A DNA stretch of 64,000 bases from Octopus vulgaris (GCA_951406725.2 OX597832.1:21018001-21082000); one strand, 5' to 3'. Positions 14,257 to 26,769 are shown, counted from the stretch's first letter. Numbers and translations: made by a program. The notes: generated from the letters alone by a model not told the origin.

Positions 14257-14420
14257 GGGCAGGAGTAGCTATGTGGTAAGTAGCTTGCTTCTCAACCACA
14301 TGGTTCCGGGTTCAGTCCCACTGGGTGGCACCTTGAGCAAATGTCTTCTGCTATAGCCTTTGGCCAACTAAAGTCTTGTGAGTGGATTTGGTAGGTGGAA
14401 ACTGAAGAAGCCCATCGTGT
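14257..14420 (+). mobile_element. SINE family A (tRNA head plus CORE-like domain), 5' half
   Basis: ggcaggagtagctatgtggtaag (A box), gggttcagtccc (B box), ggcaccttgagcaaatgtcttct (CORE-like). Confidence 0.88.
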
Positions 14421-14479
14421 ATATATATATACAGTGTGCATTTGAACACATAAATAGATAGAAAGATAGATAGAGATAG

Positions 14480-14523
<44 letters not shown>

Positions 14524-14640
14524 CAGAAAGATGAACAGATAGATAGATAGATACATAAATAGATATATACATAGAGAAACAGACAGAGATAGACAGATAG
14601 ACAGATAAATATATAGATAGGTAGATAGATAGATAGATAT

Positions 14641-14760
14641 CCTTCTTTATTAGCCACGCAGAGCCGAACACGGAGCAGACAATACAAAGTAGAACTTTTC
14701 TTTTCGAATGAGAAAATAAAAGTACAATAACAAAAAACTAATAAAATACACAAGAAAATA
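14641..14760 (-). mobile_element. 3' end of L1/Tx1-like LINE abutting (GATA)n
   Basis: Minus strand ends ttgtattgtctgctccgtgttcggctctgcgtggctAATAAAgaagg; similar to 59268 and 32820. Confidence 0.55.
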
Positions 14761-15029
14761 TCTTATTTTCTTATTCATTCATTGCTCCCCTGGTACGCCC
14801 AGAGGCAATATCAGGGCCTGTGATTTTCCTCGTTTACTGAAAGTAACTTGTAGAATAATTGAGTGAAAAATTATAGAGATTGATCAAGTTCACCTAGAAC
14901 GCAATAATACCGGAACTTCTCTATTGCTCCACTGAACACCTGAGCACTTATTACAAACAATACATTAGCAGAATACTAGATACTGTACGAGAGGACTATC
15001 CTTTCTCGTCTCTATAAAAGCAACGTCTG

Positions 15030-15033
15030 CGTA

Positions 15034-15094
<61 letters not shown>

Positions 15095-15166
15095 ACATAT
15101 ATATATAGATATATACATATATATATAGATATATACATACATATAGATATATACATATATATATAG

Positions 15167-15245
<79 letters not shown>

Positions 15246-15352
15246 TATATAGATATACACACACACATATATATATATATATACATATATATATAGAGAT
15301 ATATACATATATATATGTACATACATACATATATATTTATGTACATACATAC

Positions 15353-15383
<31 letters not shown>

Positions 15384-15390
15384 TATATTT
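15030..15390. repeat. (AT)n/(AG)n microsatellite
   Basis: Direct inspection. Confidence 0.95.
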
Positions 15391-15590
15391 GCAGTGATGT
15401 TTTACTGATAGATAGATAGACGCTTGTATAAATATACGTATACTCTTACACACATATATATTTCACAACCTCGCAATTGGTAGCCGAATCCCCTAACCAC
15501 AAAGCCACACGCCTTCACACCCTTACACATACATAAACATACACACATCATCATCATTATATTATCGTCACATTATATTATCATTATTGT

Positions 15591-16145
15591 TTGATTAGAG
15601 GGCGGTGCATGGCATCAAAGTAACACTAGGGTAAAATATACGAAGCCCAGTATACCCATCGTAACTAACCGTCTGATAAGGGTACACCAGGCACATGCAT
15701 CACAACCGTATGTGCGTGACATGGTGATCTTGTATCAAGATAAACAGCGCATGACCTTGCAGATGGGGCTCAGTCAGAATCTTCTTCAGATCGAATAACC
15801 CATCCTGCTCAAAAGGTCCCTGATACGGTTTCTTTAAGGATGTTGAACGAAGCACCCATGTTTCCAGAGGTGAGTTATCCTAACCCCAAAGAATTCCTTT
15901 CAACACACGTCTATGATGCTCCCCCACTACTTCTGCTCGTGATCAGAAATGTCCATATCGTCAGCCAGTAAGAGACATGCTCAACTGGTTAAGGTCAAAC
16001 AACTGACAAGCAAATCTGTGGTATTGAGCAGAATATTTGCTGCGGCCCATCTTTTATACCAAGACAAAACAATGTACATGATAAAAATTCCAATCAGTTA
16101 AGATCAGAAGCCATGGGAGCCCCCTATCTGGTACTGCATCAGGGA
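15591..16145 (-). mobile_element. ~550-bp TAA-associated non-coding retroposon, copy 1 (full length)
   Basis: High similarity to 20079-20562, 34771-35305 and 39800-40325; flanked by (TTA)n at 16147-16250 and a decayed (ATT) tract. Confidence 0.85.
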
Positions 16146-16153
16146 ATTTATTA

Positions 16154-16217
<64 letters not shown>

Positions 16218-16729
16218 CAATATTATTATTATTATCAATATTATTATTATTATCATTGTTGTTTTTATCCTCATTAACATCATCATCATCGTATGTCTGA
16301 ACTACAAACATAGCATCATAATAGTCGAATATAAATATAAGAAAACAGCGGATTTCCTAAATTATATGAACTTAGAAAACAAGAAATTGTTGTTGCAAAT
16401 GATTATAGCATTAGTGCCGCTTCAGGTAATGATATTATTTCCAATTTGTATTATCGACAGAAAAATGTTGCCATATAAGTTTAGCATAGCGGTGTATGTC
16501 TTATATTATATTTAATAATAGAATCATCTTCTAGGATTATCATTTGATGAGAAAAAGACTTATATTTTTTACCATTTGATGACATCGTTCGAAATTACAT
16601 TCTTTGTTTATAAATTTTGTTTATAAGTGGTGTGTATATGCAGGTATAGCATGTACACGGTACTGTGTAATCGTTATTTTACTTGTATTACGGCCATGTC
16701 TGGACAGTGATTCAGTGACGCATGCGTCG

Positions 16730-16861
16730 CACTGTGCCGTAAGAAGCTTGCTTCGCAAACACACGGTTCTAGGTTCCGCCCCACCGCGTGGCACCTTCGG
16801 CAAGATTTTTTTACTATATCACCTGGCTGACTAAAAGCCTTGTGAATAGATTTAGTAGTAT

Positions 16862-16906
<45 letters not shown>

Positions 16907-17022
16907 TGTGTGCGCGCGTTTGCATGTGTATATATCAGAGTATGTGTCTTCATGCTTGTATTTGTTTCCCACCGTTGCTTATTAACTGGTGATGGTTTGT
17001 TTACGTTCCCGTTACTTAGCTG
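16730..17022 (+). mobile_element. SINE family A, diverged
   Basis: gtaagaagcttgcttcgcaaac...ccaccgcgtggcaccttcggcaag...internal (GT)n...gtttacgttcccgttacttagc. Confidence 0.78.
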
Positions 17023-17527
17023 CTATGTTGATTATATACCACTACCTGTCGCCAGGTGTGCACTGATTACTTCTTCCCACAAATAATAAATTATAAATTA
17101 TCTTCGAACAGCATCATTCGCTTTCACCCGATCGAGATTCACCGTTCCAATACATACATACACACATACAGTTCAAAATCAGTGAAAAAGAGAACACCTT
17201 TGCTGAACTATTGAGAAACCAGTAGTTACTCTATCCAGATTACAAGTTCATGTTTATACCTGTAATTATTGGGATCTTATTCAAGGACTGCAGGTTCAGT
17301 ATATCACTGGAAATGTAAAAATCTGTAACACTTTCCAGAAGTTTATTATTTAAATATATATGAGCATGTCTAGATATGTAACTATATGCATAAGAATACA
17401 TGCATAAAACAAAATACATACATACATACATACATACATACATACATACATACATACATACATACATACATACATACATACATACATACATGCATGCATA
17501 GATACATACATACAAAACTACAAATAA

Positions 17528-17707
17528 ATATAACTTGTTGATGCTGAAATTCGAATGAAGGAACTCTGGATCTAGGTTAGAAACCGGCTCTTTATTGTCC
17601 AGAAATCTTGAAATAAAACTAAGCAATGACATACATAGATACATACATACATGCATGCATATGTGCATACATACATACGTACGTACATACATACATACAT
17701 ACATACA

Positions 17708-17741
<34 letters not shown>

Positions 17742-17857
17742 GATACAAAATATCCTGTTGCTGATGTTGAAATTCCAATGAAGGATCCTTGGATCTAGGT
17801 AAGAAACCGATTCTTTCTCTATTCGCTAGAAATCTTGAAATAAACTAAGTAATGACA
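17528..17857 (+). repeat. Two tandem ~105-bp units separated by (TACA)n, period ~220 bp
   Basis: gatg(c/t)tgaaattc(g/c)aatgaagga..tggatctaggt(t/a)agaaaccg...agaaatcttgaaataaa..ctaag(c/t)aatgacat at 17528-17630 and 17748-17857. Confidence 0.8.
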
Positions 17858-17930
17858 TGCATACATGCACACACACACACACACACACATACAGAGAGAA
17901 GGGGGAGAGAAATTTAAAGAGAGAGAGATA

Positions 17931-18137
17931 CTTTATGGTAAAGTCTACCATTAGTTTCATGTTAACAGAGGTATACCTTAACAATTATCCAGTTTGCCAT
18001 ATAGACAAACGGCGCTCGATTCCGTCTCAGATGAATACAAGATGGAGGCAAGCATCGATATATTCCATGTAGCAGGCTTTATAATTGCTAAGGGCGCTCT
18101 CGTAGCATGAAACCAATGGTAGACTTCGCCCAATAAG
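17931..18137. mobile_element. Fold-back / MITE-like element with ~75-bp imperfect inverted arms
   Basis: Left arm aagtctaccattagtttcatgttaacagag..ccttaacaattatccagtttgccatatag; right arm reverse complement aagtctaccattggtttcatgctacgagag..ccttagcaattataaagcctgctacatgg. Confidence 0.7.
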
Positions 18138-18181
18138 AAAAGAAATTTTATCCACCATTGCGTTGTTGAGCACTCATTCCC

Positions 18182-18369
18182 TTACACCACCGCTGTTTAG
18201 CCCTAGGCAGCATCGACAAAGATCCTGAAACATGCGTGTCTCTAGATGCAGGCCTGGCTGCTGAGGGTGTTTGTCTCCCCTTCGTAAATATATAAGGACA
18301 CAGGAAAAAAATGTGTCGAAGCCATCAGGAAGCGTCGATGCTTCCTAGGGCTAAACAGCGGTGGTGTAA
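18182..18369. mobile_element. MITE with 36-bp terminal inverted repeats
   Basis: ttacaccaccgctgtttagccctagg(c/a)agcatcgac at 18182-18217 and inverted at 18334-18369 (35/36 match); flanked by TCCC on both sides, or by TA if the TIR starts at CAC. Confidence 0.85.
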
Positions 18370-19024
18370 TCCCCTACTCTCACGTTAAATTGACAGTATA
18401 CAACCATTCTATATATATATATATATTGAACTATAGTTTTTTTCTTTTTTTTTACGTGAGTGTTTCACATTACACGCTCAAACGAATAAACAATGTGATT
18501 GATAAAGTTAAAGCTGCCAAAAGTTTGTCAAGTAACCATCAAATATTTACGTCATGTTAAACAAGTTGCTTATATATAATGAATGAGGCAGTAATTATAC
18601 TGCTTTATATGTTCTCACAGTAGGAGAAATGCCATTGCATGGCTGCGCAGAGACTTACTACAGCTTGTATAATGGCATTCAGCGAAGATAAGAGCCTGTT
18701 TATACATTCAACCATCAGAATTGAGAGCAATCTTTCACAGACTGAAGCAAGCATTATCTCCGAATATTGAATTCAAATTTTTCAAGAATAGAGATAATAA
18801 AAATCTCTAGTTTCTTAATCCCTCTAAGCTGTAAGGAATCATAAATTATTATCCCGTTGGATTTATCTTCGTTATGAAAATGTTAAACAGAACCACTAAA
18901 TAAATGCGGTAGCCTTTATCTATTTGTTGGAAGCTGATGTAGGGATATTTACGCGCATGCGTACGTGTAAATGCATGTATGTATATCTCGATATGTGCCT
19001 GAGTGTGTATGTATATGCGTGTGC

Positions 19025-19601
19025 ATGGTGAGTTGGCAGAACCGTTAGCACGCCGGGCGAAATGCGTAGCCGTTACGTTCTGAGTTCAAATTCCGCCGAG
19101 GTCGACTTTGCCTTTCATCCTTTCGGGGTCGATTAAATAAGTACCAGTTACGCACAGGGGTCGATGTAATCGACTTAGTTCGTTTGTCTGTCCTTGTTTG
19201 TCCCCTCTATGTTTAGTCCCCTGTGGGTAGTAAAGAAATAGGTATTTCGTGTGCCGCTACGATACGAGTTCAAATTGAGGTCGACTTTGCCTTTCATCCT
19301 TTCGGGGGCGATAAATTAAGTACCAGTTACGCACAGGGGTCGATGTAATCGACTTAGTTCGTTTGTCTGTCCTTGTTTGTCCCCTCTATGTTTAGCCCCT
19401 TGTGGGTAGTAAAGAAATAGGTATTTCATGTGCCGCTACGTTCTGAGTTGAAATTCCGCCGAGATCGACTTTGCCTTTCATCCTTTCGGGGTCGATAAAT
19501 TAAGTACCAGTTACACACTGGGGTCGATGTAATCAACTTAGTTCGTTTGTCTGTCCTTGTTTGTCCCCTCTATGTTTAGCCCCTTGAGGGTAATAAAGAA
19601 A
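19025..19601 (+). mobile_element. Trimeric SINE family B array (one head plus three bodies)
   Basis: Units at 19025-19240, 19241-19419 and 19420-19601, joined by aaagaaata|ggtatttc. Confidence 0.9.
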
Positions 19602-19651
19602 CATATATATCTGTGTGTGCGTGGATACGTGTTTGTGTATTTGTGTGTGAC

Positions 19652-19862
19652 GTCGCGTGGCCTAGTTGGTGCGGGTGTCGCGCTCACGAACGATAGATTG
19701 TGGTTTCAATTACTGGCAACCGTGGTGCGTTGGGTTATGTTCTTGAGTAAAGCACTGTGTCACACGTTGCTCTCCGATCACATCGTCACACCTGGCGCGC
19801 GGCACACCTCGCAGATATTCAGACAACGTCTATTTTACGGAAGGTGTACAGCAAAAGTGTGA
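19652..19862 (+). mobile_element. SINE family C (distinct tRNA-like head), diverged
   Basis: gcgtggcctagttggt (A box), ctcacga, gtggtttcaattact (B-box-like), gttcttgagtaaagcact..cacgttgctc; related copies at 24955, 44340 and 46450. Confidence 0.7.
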
Positions 19863-19879
19863 TTGCTATGTATGTAAGG

Positions 19880-19980
19880 CTGTATACAAGAAATTGCAGA
19901 TTATTTACAATATTTACATCTGACGGATATTTGTTCTCATCTTGTTTGTTGTTAACACAACGTTTCGGCTGATATACCCA
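19880..19980 (-). mobile_element. Truncated copy of the hammerhead-bearing repeat at 30358-30540
   Basis: Minus strand gggtatatcagccGAAACGTTgtgttaacaacaaacaagatgagaacaaatatccgtcagatgtaaatattgtaaataat; the 5' half is lost at the (TAA)n tract. Confidence 0.8.
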
Positions 19981-20610
<630 letters not shown>

Positions 20611-20611
<1 letters not shown>

Positions 20612-20776
20612 CCTTTCTACTATAGTCACAAGGCCTATAGTCGATTACGTTGACCCCAGTGCTCAACTGGTACTTATTTAATCGACCCGCAAAGGATGAA
20701 AGGGAAAGTCGAGCCTCGTGGGTATTTGAACTCAGAATGTAAAGATAAACGAAATGCCAGTAAGCATCTCGCCCGG
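20611..20776 (-). mobile_element. SINE family B, short-tail form
   Basis: cctttctactatagtcacaaggcc...gtcgattacgttgacccc...ggtacttatttaatcgaccc. Confidence 0.8.
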
Positions 20777-20907
20777 TAAAATGAAAATTATAATCTCGCC
20801 CGAAAAATAACAATTAATTCAACTAAAAGTTCCTCAATGCAGTGCTCCAGTATGGCCGCAGTCTAATGACTGAAGCAAGTAAAAAATTAGATTATATATA
20901 CATATAT

Positions 20908-21003
20908 GAGTGGCTGTGTGGTAAGTAGCTCGCTTCTGAAATACATATTTCTGGGTTCAGTCTCACTGCATGGCACCTTGGGCAAATGTCTTCCACTCTA
21001 GCC
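20908..21003 (+). mobile_element. SINE family A, 5' fragment
   Basis: gagtggctgtgtggtaagtagct...gggttcagtctcactgcatggcaccttgggcaaatgtcttc. Confidence 0.82.
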
Positions 21004-21004
21004 T

Positions 21005-21032
21005 TACTACTACTACTACTACTACCACCACC

Positions 21033-21084
<52 letters not shown>

Positions 21085-21218
21085 TTGTTGTTATTATTAT
21101 TATTATTATTATTGTTATTTTTATTATTATTGTTGTTATTATTATTTTTATTATTATTGTTATTATTATTATTATTGTTATTATTATTAATGTTATTATT
21201 ATTATTATTATTATTAAC

Positions 21219-21250
<32 letters not shown>

Positions 21251-21469
21251 TATTATTATTAAAATTATTATTATTGTTATTATTATTAATATCATTATTA
21301 TTAATATAATTATTGTTATTATTATTAATGTTATTATTGTTATTATTATTGATGTTATTATCAATATTATTATTATTATTATTGTTATTATTATTAATGT
21401 TATTATTATTATTATTGTTATTATTATTAATGTTATTATTATTAATATAATTATTGTTATTATTATTAA

Positions 21470-21518
<49 letters not shown>

Positions 21519-21549
21519 ATTAATATTATTATTATTATTAATATTATTA

Positions 21550-21584
<35 letters not shown>

Positions 21585-21640
21585 TCATTTATTGGTATAA
21601 ATAATGATGTTGTTATCATTATTATTGTCGTTGTAATAGT
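21005..21640. repeat. (ACT)n followed by a long imperfect (ATT)n array
   Basis: Direct inspection. Confidence 0.96.
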
Positions 21641-22049
21641 TCTATAACACCAAACAGCAGCTGCTGCAGCATGAGGAGCAAACGAGACACTAGGTCGTCG
21701 CTGACGCTGTTGCTGGTGTTGTTGGTGTCGTTGCGATGTCATCGCGAGGAGAACAGTTGTGGTGGTGGTGGTGGTGGTAGTGTATGATGATCTCTGGTTT
21801 ATGGCGGTGTTGACGGTGGTGGTGATAATGGCGATGATGAATGATGGTTACGATGGTTACGATGGCGCTGGTACTACTGCTTGTTTCCGCGGGTCCCAAT
21901 TATTTTTACGATCCTTACTTAACCGATGTTAACAATGCCTAATGAGCAGCAGGTGTGTTAGGGAAACCGCAAGCATCTAACACAGATTCTTGACCTGTCC
22001 TTCACGGATAATAGATTCTGAAGTTGATGTCACATGCTGCTCAATTGTC

Positions 22050-22386
22050 ACCTTCCCTTCATCATTAGCCTTCCCTTCTTGCTCACACTTCATCCTTCCC
22101 CTCTCTCACTCTATCCTCTCACTTTACCTCTCCCTCCTCTCTCTCTTTCTTTCTCTCTCTCTCTCTCCCGTACTATTGCAGTCTTGAGCGTGCTATTCCC
22201 TCATTAACACCCTTCTTTCTTTTCTTCCTTCTTCTACCATTTCTATCTCATCATTAGCTTCTCTCTCACTCTTTCTTTGTTTCCTTCTCTCTTTCTTTAG
22301 ATTTCTATCTCTCTCTTATTTTGTCTTCCTCTCTCTCTCTCTTTCTTTCCTTTTCTCTCTTTCTCTCTTTCCCTTTCTTTCCTTTT

Positions 22387-22427
<41 letters not shown>

Positions 22428-22540
22428 ATTATCTGTCCTTCATTATCCACCGCCCTCCCTCTCTCGATTTTCTCCTTCTTTCTTCTCGCTTTCACTACTT
22501 CATCGTTAGTCCCACTTCCCTCTTTTTTCCTTCATTATTT
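22050..22540. repeat. Pyrimidine-rich low-complexity / (CT)n tract
   Basis: Direct inspection. Confidence 0.85.
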
Positions 22541-23386
22541 CTTTCATTCATTATTTCACACGTTCAGGATGGTGGATTAGCAGGGTCGTTTGAGCATCAG
22601 TCAAAATACGTTACTTCAGTAATTAGTTATCCAGAGCCCTAAGTTCAAATCCTACCAAATTTGATTTTGCATTCATTCGATAAAATAATACCTATCACTC
22701 AAGAACGAGAATCGATATTATTCGACTAATTTTCCCCGACCACATTTCTGGTCTGGTGACAACTTTACAATGATTTTTCTCTGGTTCTTCGGTGTGGTTT
22801 TGCATAACCGTTACAAAATTTGGTCTGTTTTCTTCCCCTTTGTTCAATTCTAGCCGAGGACAACATAATATGTGATCCTTCCAGAGGTAAAAAAGGTTGA
22901 TAAAATAAATTCCAATTACGGAATTATATGGCCAATTATTGATGGTCATATAATCCATAGTCCCCTCCTTACTTAAAAAATTCCGGCTTCGGTATTTAAT
23001 TCTCTTGCTTTTTCGTCACATCATTAAACCCCATCTAGTCTCGTATTTCTTTTACTTTCATTCTTTCCAACCATCGTTCCTTCTCTCTTGTTTTCTTTCC
23101 TTCCTACTTTAATTAATATACATTCTTCCCGCGTAAAACGTTTAACATTCATTAATTATTTTTTCCCGTTATATATTCTTATAACTCGTTTAAAACGATG
23201 GAACTCGAAACAGATAAGGTTATAACTTAAATAATAACATGTAAATATCTATCCTGTAAAACATAGCTTCGATAGAGACAGCTGAAAGATGTCCCTCATA
23301 CTAACACACATCATCTGTAAGTATGAAAGAGCAACGTTCGTATTTTCCTATCGAAAGGGTTCCCTTTTTCTTATTTAGCCCTATAC

Positions 23387-23805
23387 GGAGGAGTGGCTGT
23401 GTGGTAAGTAGCTTGTTTACCAGCCACATGGTTCCGGGTTCAGTCCAACTGCGTGGCACCTTGGGCAGGTGTCTTCTACTATACCCTCGGGCCGACCAAA
23501 GCCTTGTGAGTGGATTTGGTAGACAGAAACTGAAAGAAGCCCGTCGTATGTATGTATGTATATATATATATATATATATATGTGCGTGTGTATGTTTGTG
23601 TGTCGGTGTTTGTCCCCCTAGCATTGCTTGACAACCGATGCTGGTGTATTTACGTCCCCGTCACTGAGCGGTTCGGCAAAAGAAAGCGATAGAATAAGTA
23701 CTGGACTTACAAAAGAATAAGTCCCGGGGTCGAGTTGCTCGATTAAAGGCGGTGCTCCAGCATGGCCGCAGTCAAATGGCTGAAACAAGTAAAAGAGAAA
23801 ATAGT
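23387..23805 (+). mobile_element. Full-length SINE family A
   Basis: A/B boxes, CORE-like accttgggcaggtgtcttct, internal (TA)/(TG) tract, gtcga-N5-tcga hairpin, tail cagtcaaatggctgaaacaagtaaaagag. Confidence 0.92.
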
Positions 23806-24478
23806 AAAGGGTATACATATTTACACGCAATTGTCTATAGCTCTATCTACTTCGAACGCCATCGCTAAGGACGAAATATTTCAAGTCTGTCGTAGTTTCT
23901 ATATTCTTGTATCATTCATTTTTTTTTTATTTCGTTATTCTTCACTTTCATTCCTCTCCGTCTGTCTTATTTCTTCCATCGTTCCTTCGCTATATTCCTC
24001 CGTTTGTTTCCTCATTTCATTAATTCTTATTTTACATCAATTCTTAACAGATAGATACAGTTAAAGCAAATCTCTCAAATATTGCTAGGGGAAATACCTC
24101 GGGCGAGAGTTCACCTTGTTATATGCAGATACGGCAGTGTAACGCACATACTGTATAGAACTTTGCAAAAAAAATAAAGAAAATTTGATCAATTGTGATT
24201 ATCGTAACAATTAACATATAAACACGCCCCACGGGGATGTTTAAACTGTAAAAACAACAACCATTGGAAAGAAATTCAAGGAAGCCAACACATCGGAATT
24301 TTTGGAAAAATATGCACGTTGCAGGATGGAGTGAATTGATTTATCTTTTGATTTTGTCGGAGAGAAAAGGTGGTGTTCAACATCGATTTACAGTTTAAAA
24401 GGCGCCTGAGATTGATAAGAAGAAAGGAAGTTTCCTCAAAATTACAGTGTTGGCCTGAAGCTTCCAATAGAGTCGACT

Positions 24479-24517
<39 letters not shown>

Positions 24518-24606
24518 TGGGGAAGGGGTGTAACATATGCTATGATTATAAACAGGGTATATTTTAGCCATTTCTATGCAGACTGAAAAAAAAAAATGAT
24601 GCATAA

Positions 24607-24649
24607 ACTTAATCGATTTCCGAACCTTTTTGGGTTCTCATCAAAGGCG
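24607..24649 (-). ncRNA. Minimal hammerhead ribozyme-like motif (C3U variant)
   Basis: Minus strand cgcct-TTGATGA-GAACC-caaaaa-GGTTC-g-GAAA-TCGA-TT-aagt; perfect 5-bp stem II and palindromic AATCGATT. Confidence 0.5.
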
Positions 24650-24799
24650 TCTCCATCATTCTAACAGTCTCTAGAGAAACAGGCAGCCAAGCTGTTTATA
24701 TACTCAACAAAAGCAGCAGTTACTCTATGAAGGGGTCCCTAATTTGCATACAGTTGTTTAACACTCTATAATCGTATAAATACCAGCGGCCTGTTTATA

Positions 24800-24841
<42 letters not shown>

Positions 24842-24954
24842 TATGCATATGTATATATATACACACAGAAGCACACACAAATCCGTAGAGAGAGAGAGGA
24901 GAGGAGAGAAGGAGAGAGAAAGAAGGGAAACGGGGTTGTTTACTTGGATAGATG

Positions 24955-25198
24955 CACACTATTGACTGTCTAGTGGTTAGTCTGTTCTACTCATAGTCAT
25001 TAGATCGCGGGTTCGATTCACGGCCGAGCGTGCGTTGTGTTTTTGATCAGAAGATATCACTTCATGTTGCTCCATTCCACTCCACAGAAAATGGGTAACT
25101 CTGCGGCGACCAACAAGCCCTCCGATCTAGGGCTATCATGGCCTGATCGCATAGTAAGCGTGTGTCGTCATTCGAAAGTTAAGACGATGCGAAATTCT
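24955..25198 (+). mobile_element. SINE family C copy
   Basis: tgtctagtggttag (A box), gcgggttcgattcac (B box), gcgttgtgtttttgatcag..cacttcatgttgctcca. Confidence 0.72.
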
Positions 25199-25264
25199 TT
25201 ATATATGCATATATACATACATATATGTACATACTTACATATATATGTATATACATATGCATAT

Positions 25265-25450
25265 TATATGGGCACAGGACGTCACAGAACGTGAACAACA
25301 TGAAATACGAAAACATGGAATACGAAGTTTTTCTTGTTAACCACGATAGAAGCAAATGGTAAGCAAGACAAGAAGCAACATAAAGAACGACCCTTCATCA
25401 GTTGTCGGCTGTTTTTCTACTCTGTATTTCGAGCAATCCACGATGTTCTG
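25265..25450 (-). mobile_element. Second copy of the ccgacaaCTGATGAAGGG repeat
   Basis: acccttcatcagttgtcggctgtttttctactc shared with 8445-8480. Confidence 0.55.
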
Positions 25451-25812
25451 TGTCCATTTTTGCATATGTATATACATATATGTATATGTAAGTATGTATA
25501 TATATATATATATATATATACATATATGTATGTATATATATATATATATATATTTATATATTATTTATATTATTATATGATCGAACGCCACGCACCAATT
25601 TCCAAGAAAGTTTTATCTACATATATCTCTCTCTATATATATATGTATATATGCATGTATGTATGTATGTATGTATGTATGTATGTATGTATGTATGTAT
25701 GTATGTATGTATGTATGTATGTATGTATGTATGTATGTATGTATGTATGTATCTATGTATGTATGTATGTTTGTATGTGTGTGTATGTATGTATCTATGT
25801 ATGTATGTATGT

Positions 25813-26235
25813 ATTCCTAAGCAGATGCTCTATGGAAAACTTGTGAATGGAAGGAGAATCCGGCAGAAACCAAGGCTGCGATTTAAGGACTGTGTCAAGT
25901 CCTCATTAAAGGCCTGTGATATGCAGGACACTGACTGGGAGAACAATACCTGTCATCGTCACAGATGGAGGAAGCAGGTTAAGGAGGGGATCGACACTTT
26001 TGAGAGAGCACTTATGCAACATGAAGAACTTAAGCGAGCTGCGCGAAAGCGCACGGCTCGTATAGTGAATGGGGAGAGCTTGGTCTGCAATGTTTGCAGT
26101 CGTAGATGCTTTTCAAGAACAGGGCTCATTAGCCACCAACGGAGCCGCAAATGCAAAATATAAGTTAGTCCTAGAGCGCACAATGTTCCTGAAGGTCGGC
26201 AATGGTCTTCCTCGGTAGCGAGTGGACGGCCATCA
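25813..26235 (+). mobile_element. 5'-truncated RTE-clade LINE 3' end inside (TGTA)n
   Basis: IPKQMLYGKLVNGRRIRQKPRLRFKDCVKSSLKAC...WENN..RWR..V..G..FE...CNVCSRRCFSRTGLISHQR* (terminal C2H2-like finger), ~70-bp 3'UTR, (TGTA)n on both sides. Confidence 0.88.
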
Positions 26236-26769
26236 TGTATGTATGTATGTATACGTGCATGTATGTATGTATACGTAGATATTTTTGTTACTTGTTCCCA
26301 TTATTGCACTACGGCCATGTTACAGCATTGCTTTGAATAGTTTAGTTGAACGAATCTACGCCAATATGTTTTTTGAAGTGTGGTATTTACTATATAAACA
26401 TATGTATTATGTGTGTATTTATTTGTGTGAATATGGATGTATGCATGTATGTAAGTATGTATGTATGTATGAACCTGTTCTTAGTGTGTACATGTATATA
26501 ACACACACGCATATTCAGACACACATACCTAGATAGTATATGTATATATGTGTACATATATATAGCCTGTAATTGTACAGATGCACACACACACACACAT
26601 ACACATGCACACAAACATTTCAACTTTCGTAACTAATATATTCATCATATATATGTAAACATATAAATATATATGTGTGTGTGAATCTTTGTGTGTGAGT
26701 ATATGTGTGTGTATGTCATTGTGTATATACATACATACGCGAAGACAGACAGACAGATACATACACATA

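Noticed and set aside
14257-14330. tRNA-like A/B-box sequences here and at other SINE heads
   Set aside because: They continue into SINE bodies and lack a complete cloverleaf; not functional tRNA genes
18600-18800. Possible exon after ttctcacag with a GEMP word resembling a zinc-finger linker
   Set aside because: All frames stop within ~25 codons, there is no C2H2 pattern and no clear donor site
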